A DNA stretch of 64,000 bases, from NCBI GenBank assembly GCA_965197745.1, contig CBDANS010000005.1, positions 160,001 through 224,000 on the forward strand, in the 5' to 3' direction. This stretch comes from Opitutales bacterium (GTDB taxonomy: Bacteria > Verrucomicrobiota > Verrucomicrobiia > Opitutales > PNEW01). Positions 61,555-64,000 of this stretch are shown one piece after another. Below the pieces are notes generated by a model. That model was not told the DNA's origin, ran no database searches, and saw nothing but the letters and a program-made list of their open reading frames with translations. The translations under genes were made by a program, and so were the position numbers. Position 1 is the first letter of the stretch. Each line of letters begins with the position of its first letter.

Positions 61555-63252
61555 ATGAATACTGTGCTTTACAATGGAATTCGGTTACCCGAGGAATGGC
61601 CCCCGCGTGACATGAATCCGTCATCCCGCGAGCCAATGCCGGTTCCGTATCTGGACTCTCCGCCATCGGTGATACCGATCGACGTGGGCCGGCAGCTATT
61701 TGTCGATGGTTTCTTGATTGAGAATACTACCTTGAAACGGGTGTTTCACCCGGCGCAAAAATATGAGGAAAATCCAATACTGGTTCCGGTGACCGCGGCT
61801 GAACAGGAGCGCCCCGCGGCCACGGCCTGTCCTTTCGACGACGGAGTCGCCTACGATCCGGTAACCCGGAAGTTCCTGCTCTGGTACCTGGCCTCCTATC
61901 CGGGACACACGGCGGTGGCGTTCAGCGACGACGGTTTGCATTGGGAGCGGCCGGACCTGGATATCCTGCCCGGTACGAATGTGATCCTTCCCAACGACTA
62001 CCCGATGCGTTCCCGGGACAGTTTCTGCCCGCTCCTGGATCTCCATGCGCAGGATCCTACGGAGCGATTCAAGGCCTACCTATACGTGTTTCACGGGAAA
62101 GTCCCCTGGGAGGTAAGTGAGATCCATCAGAAATTTTTTCCTTGGGAGAATCAGAAGGGCAAGAGAACCAGCGAAAACTGGCTCTTGAAATCGGGTGATG
62201 GCGTGCATTGGGAACATGCGGCACAGTTCACGGCTAGAGGCGCCGACGGCACGACCCTCCACTACAATCCCTTCAGACGGAAATGGGTGCTGAACCTCAA
62301 ACGCGACTATGAAGGCAAACGAGGCCGGGCTTATATCGAAAGGGATCAGTTCTGGCAGTTTCAAAGTCTTCGGGAGGCTACGCCGGAAGAGGCCCTGAGT
62401 CAGGTCAGGAGCCTCGATGAGCCCGCTCCGGGGCTGTCCGAAGGGCAGGTGTTCTGGGTCGGGGCCGACAGGCTGGACCTACCGGATCCAGAGTGGGTGG
62501 TCCAGGAGCCGACACAGCTGTACATGCTGGAGGTGGTGCCCTATGAGAGCCTCATACTGGGAATTTTTGCAATCCTCTATGGCCCGCCCAACGACATCTG
62601 CCGAAAAGGGCAGTTCCCAAAGCTGACTCAGATCAAGCTGGGCTACAGCCGGGATGGATTCCACTGGTACCGGCCGGACAGGGAGGTCTTCATCGGTGCC
62701 ACAAAAAAAGACGGGGACTGGGACCGGGCATACCTGAGACCTGCTGCGGGATGCATTATCGCCCGGGATCGGCTGCACTTCTACTATTCAGGATTTTCAG
62801 GCATCGCCCCTTCCGGTGCCCGCGACATATATGCCGGAGGCAGCACCCACGTCGCCTGGACTCGCCGCGACGGCTTTGTCTCCATGGATGCCGGCGATGC
62901 CCCCGGAGATTTGATTACCCGACCACTCACCTTCAAGGGCGGCCATCTTTTTGTCAATGTGGAGGCCCCGGAGGGTGAGCTCCAGGTCGAAGCCCTCGAC
63001 CGGGAAGGCCGGGTTATCGAACCTTATTCAATGGAAAGATGCATTCCGGTACATGGAGACGAAACCTGCGTGCCGATCCGGTGGCGGGGTGCCGCGGACC
63101 TCTCAGCGGCCGGTGGCGGGCCGGCCCGGTTCCGATTCCGGCTGACAAACGGCAGCCTGTATGCCTTCTGGGTCGCCCTCGATCCAGGCGGTAAGAGCCA
63201 CGGCTACGTCGCCTCCGGAGGGCCGGGTTTTTCCGGCCCGAGAGACGTGTAA
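61555..63252 (+). CDS. GH32/GH43-like beta-propeller glycoside hydrolase-like protein
   Basis: IPIDVGRQLFVD, Asp-box-like SDDGLHW / SGDGVHW / SRDGFHW, RRDGFVSM; GC-rich relative to flanks. Confidence 0.72.
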   Translation: MNTVLYNGIRLPEEWPPRDMNPSSREPMPVPYLDSPPSVIPIDVGRQLFVDGFLIENTTLKRVFHPAQKYEENPILVPVTAAEQERPAATACPFDDGVAYDPVTRKFLLWYLASYPGHTAVAFSDDGLHWERPDLDILPGTNVILPNDYPMRSRDSFCPLLDLHAQDPTERFKAYLYVFHGKVPWEVSEIHQKFFPWENQKGKRTSENWLLKSGDGVHWEHAAQFTARGADGTTLHYNPFRRKWVLNLKRDYEGKRGRAYIERDQFWQFQSLREATPEEALSQVRSLDEPAPGLSEGQVFWVGADRLDLPDPEWVVQEPTQLYMLEVVPYESLILGIFAILYGPPNDICRKGQFPKLTQIKLGYSRDGFHWYRPDREVFIGATKKDGDWDRAYLRPAAGCIIARDRLHFYYSGFSGIAPSGARDIYAGGSTHVAWTRRDGFVSMDAGDAPGDLITRPLTFKGGHLFVNVEAPEGELQVEALDREGRVIEPYSMERCIPVHGDETCVPIRWRGAADLSAAGGGPARFRFRLTNGSLYAFWVALDPGGKSHGYVASGGPGFSGPRDV

Positions 63253-63258
63253 CGTAAC

Positions 63259-63456
63259 GGCCCGACTGGCGCAACGGGACTAATAGGTCCAACAGGACCT
63301 CAAGGGATTCAGGGTTTAACTGGCCCCATTGGGCCGACAGGGACTGATGGAGTTCCATCGGGATTTATATAATAGGGGAAACACCAGTAGCTCCTAGTGG
63401 ATATAATTTTTTAAGAGAGTTTATATTAGAAGGAACTGACATCTGGTTAACAAAGG
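63259..63456 (+). pseudogene. collagen-like (Gly-X-Y)11 fragment plus following domain, cut by IS3
   Basis: [36 protein letters not shown], then (1-nt shift) [14 protein letters not shown]...DIWLTK; no start codon. Confidence 0.8.
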
Positions 63457-64000
63457 TGGCGTGACTGCCGAGGACTGGACCATTGCCAGTGAGAGTCTTT
63501 CCGTAAATAAGAACGGAAAGACGAATGAAACAGAAAAGACACAACACCGAGCAGATCATAGCAATCCTGCGCGAAGTAGACAGCGGCAGAGGCATCCAGG
63601 AAGTCTGCCGTGAGCACAACATCAGTGCTCAAAGCTACCATCGCTGGCGAAAAAAATATGGGCAGATGGACCTACGCAATGCGAGGCGGCTAAAGGAACT
63701 TGAAGGCGAGAACACGGAACTGAAAAAGATGTTAGCCGAGCAGATGTTAAAGAATCGGGTATTGGAGGAAGTGAATAAAAAAAAATGGTAAGCTCGTCGC
63801 ATAAGAAAGAAGCGGTCAAGCATGTGGTAGGGCAAGGGTTTTGCTCGCTGCGGCGGGCCTGCAGGTATCTTCGGCTCCATCGCTCAACTTATCTCTACGA
63901 GTGCAAGCGAGAATCTTATGGTACTCAGACAATGGTGAGACGAATCATTAGAATTTCAAAGGTACATTCGCGTTATTGCTATCGTCGTATTCGTGCCCTA
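63457..64000 (+). mobile_element. IS3-family insertion sequence (runs off window)
   Basis: End TGGCGTGACTGCCGAGGACTGGACCA; orfA 63525..63791; A9 slip site at 63777-63785; -1 frame orfB MVSSSHKKEAVKHV...RACRYLRLHRSTY...RYCYRRI. Confidence 0.92.
63525..63791 (+). CDS. IS3-family transposase OrfA
   Basis: MKQKRHNTEQIIAILRE...VCREHNIS...WRKKYG...RLKELEGENTELKK. Confidence 0.92.
   Translation: MKQKRHNTEQIIAILREVDSGRGIQEVCREHNISAQSYHRWRKKYGQMDLRNARRLKELEGENTELKKMLAEQMLKNRVLEEVNKKKW

Overview
This is a mostly AT-rich bacterial chromosomal window, very probably from Verrucomicrobiota (Opitutales-like). The evidence is a 52-aa PVC-type small basic protein missed by the ORF track, a long-form GreA and a Cys-less FmdB-like protein. 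Positions 1-44.5 kb are mainly core and catabolic genes (udg fragment, rhomboid, ispE, ptsI, greA, rsmB-like, trpA, miaA, panB, gpsA, coaD, pgsA, pgpA, aroQ). They also include a hybrid-kinase/adenylate-cyclase cluster, an sxtI/K/J-like carbamoyltransferase cassette and a three-gene type III PKS cassette. From about 44.6 kb the window is accessory. It holds a duplicated [membrane protein + pilin-like] module and a tRNA 3'-end att site. After the att site come an integrase, an AlpA-like gene, a prim-pol remnant, a serine recombinase and an iteron-like repeat tract. Four IS3-family pieces and a collagen-like gene split by a GC-rich glycosidase-like gene also lie in this accessory part. The most striking unexplained feature is three dispersed paralogous secreted proteins (5.8, 44.7 and 58.7 kb). 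Each has two tandem N-terminal repeat domains, an optional Ig-like domain and a conserved ~277-aa C-terminal domain. Their relationships are mosaic, consistent with a shuffled passenger plus common export/anchor module. Several single-base frameshifts could be real or sequencing errors. All family calls are from motif recognition by eye; no searches were run.
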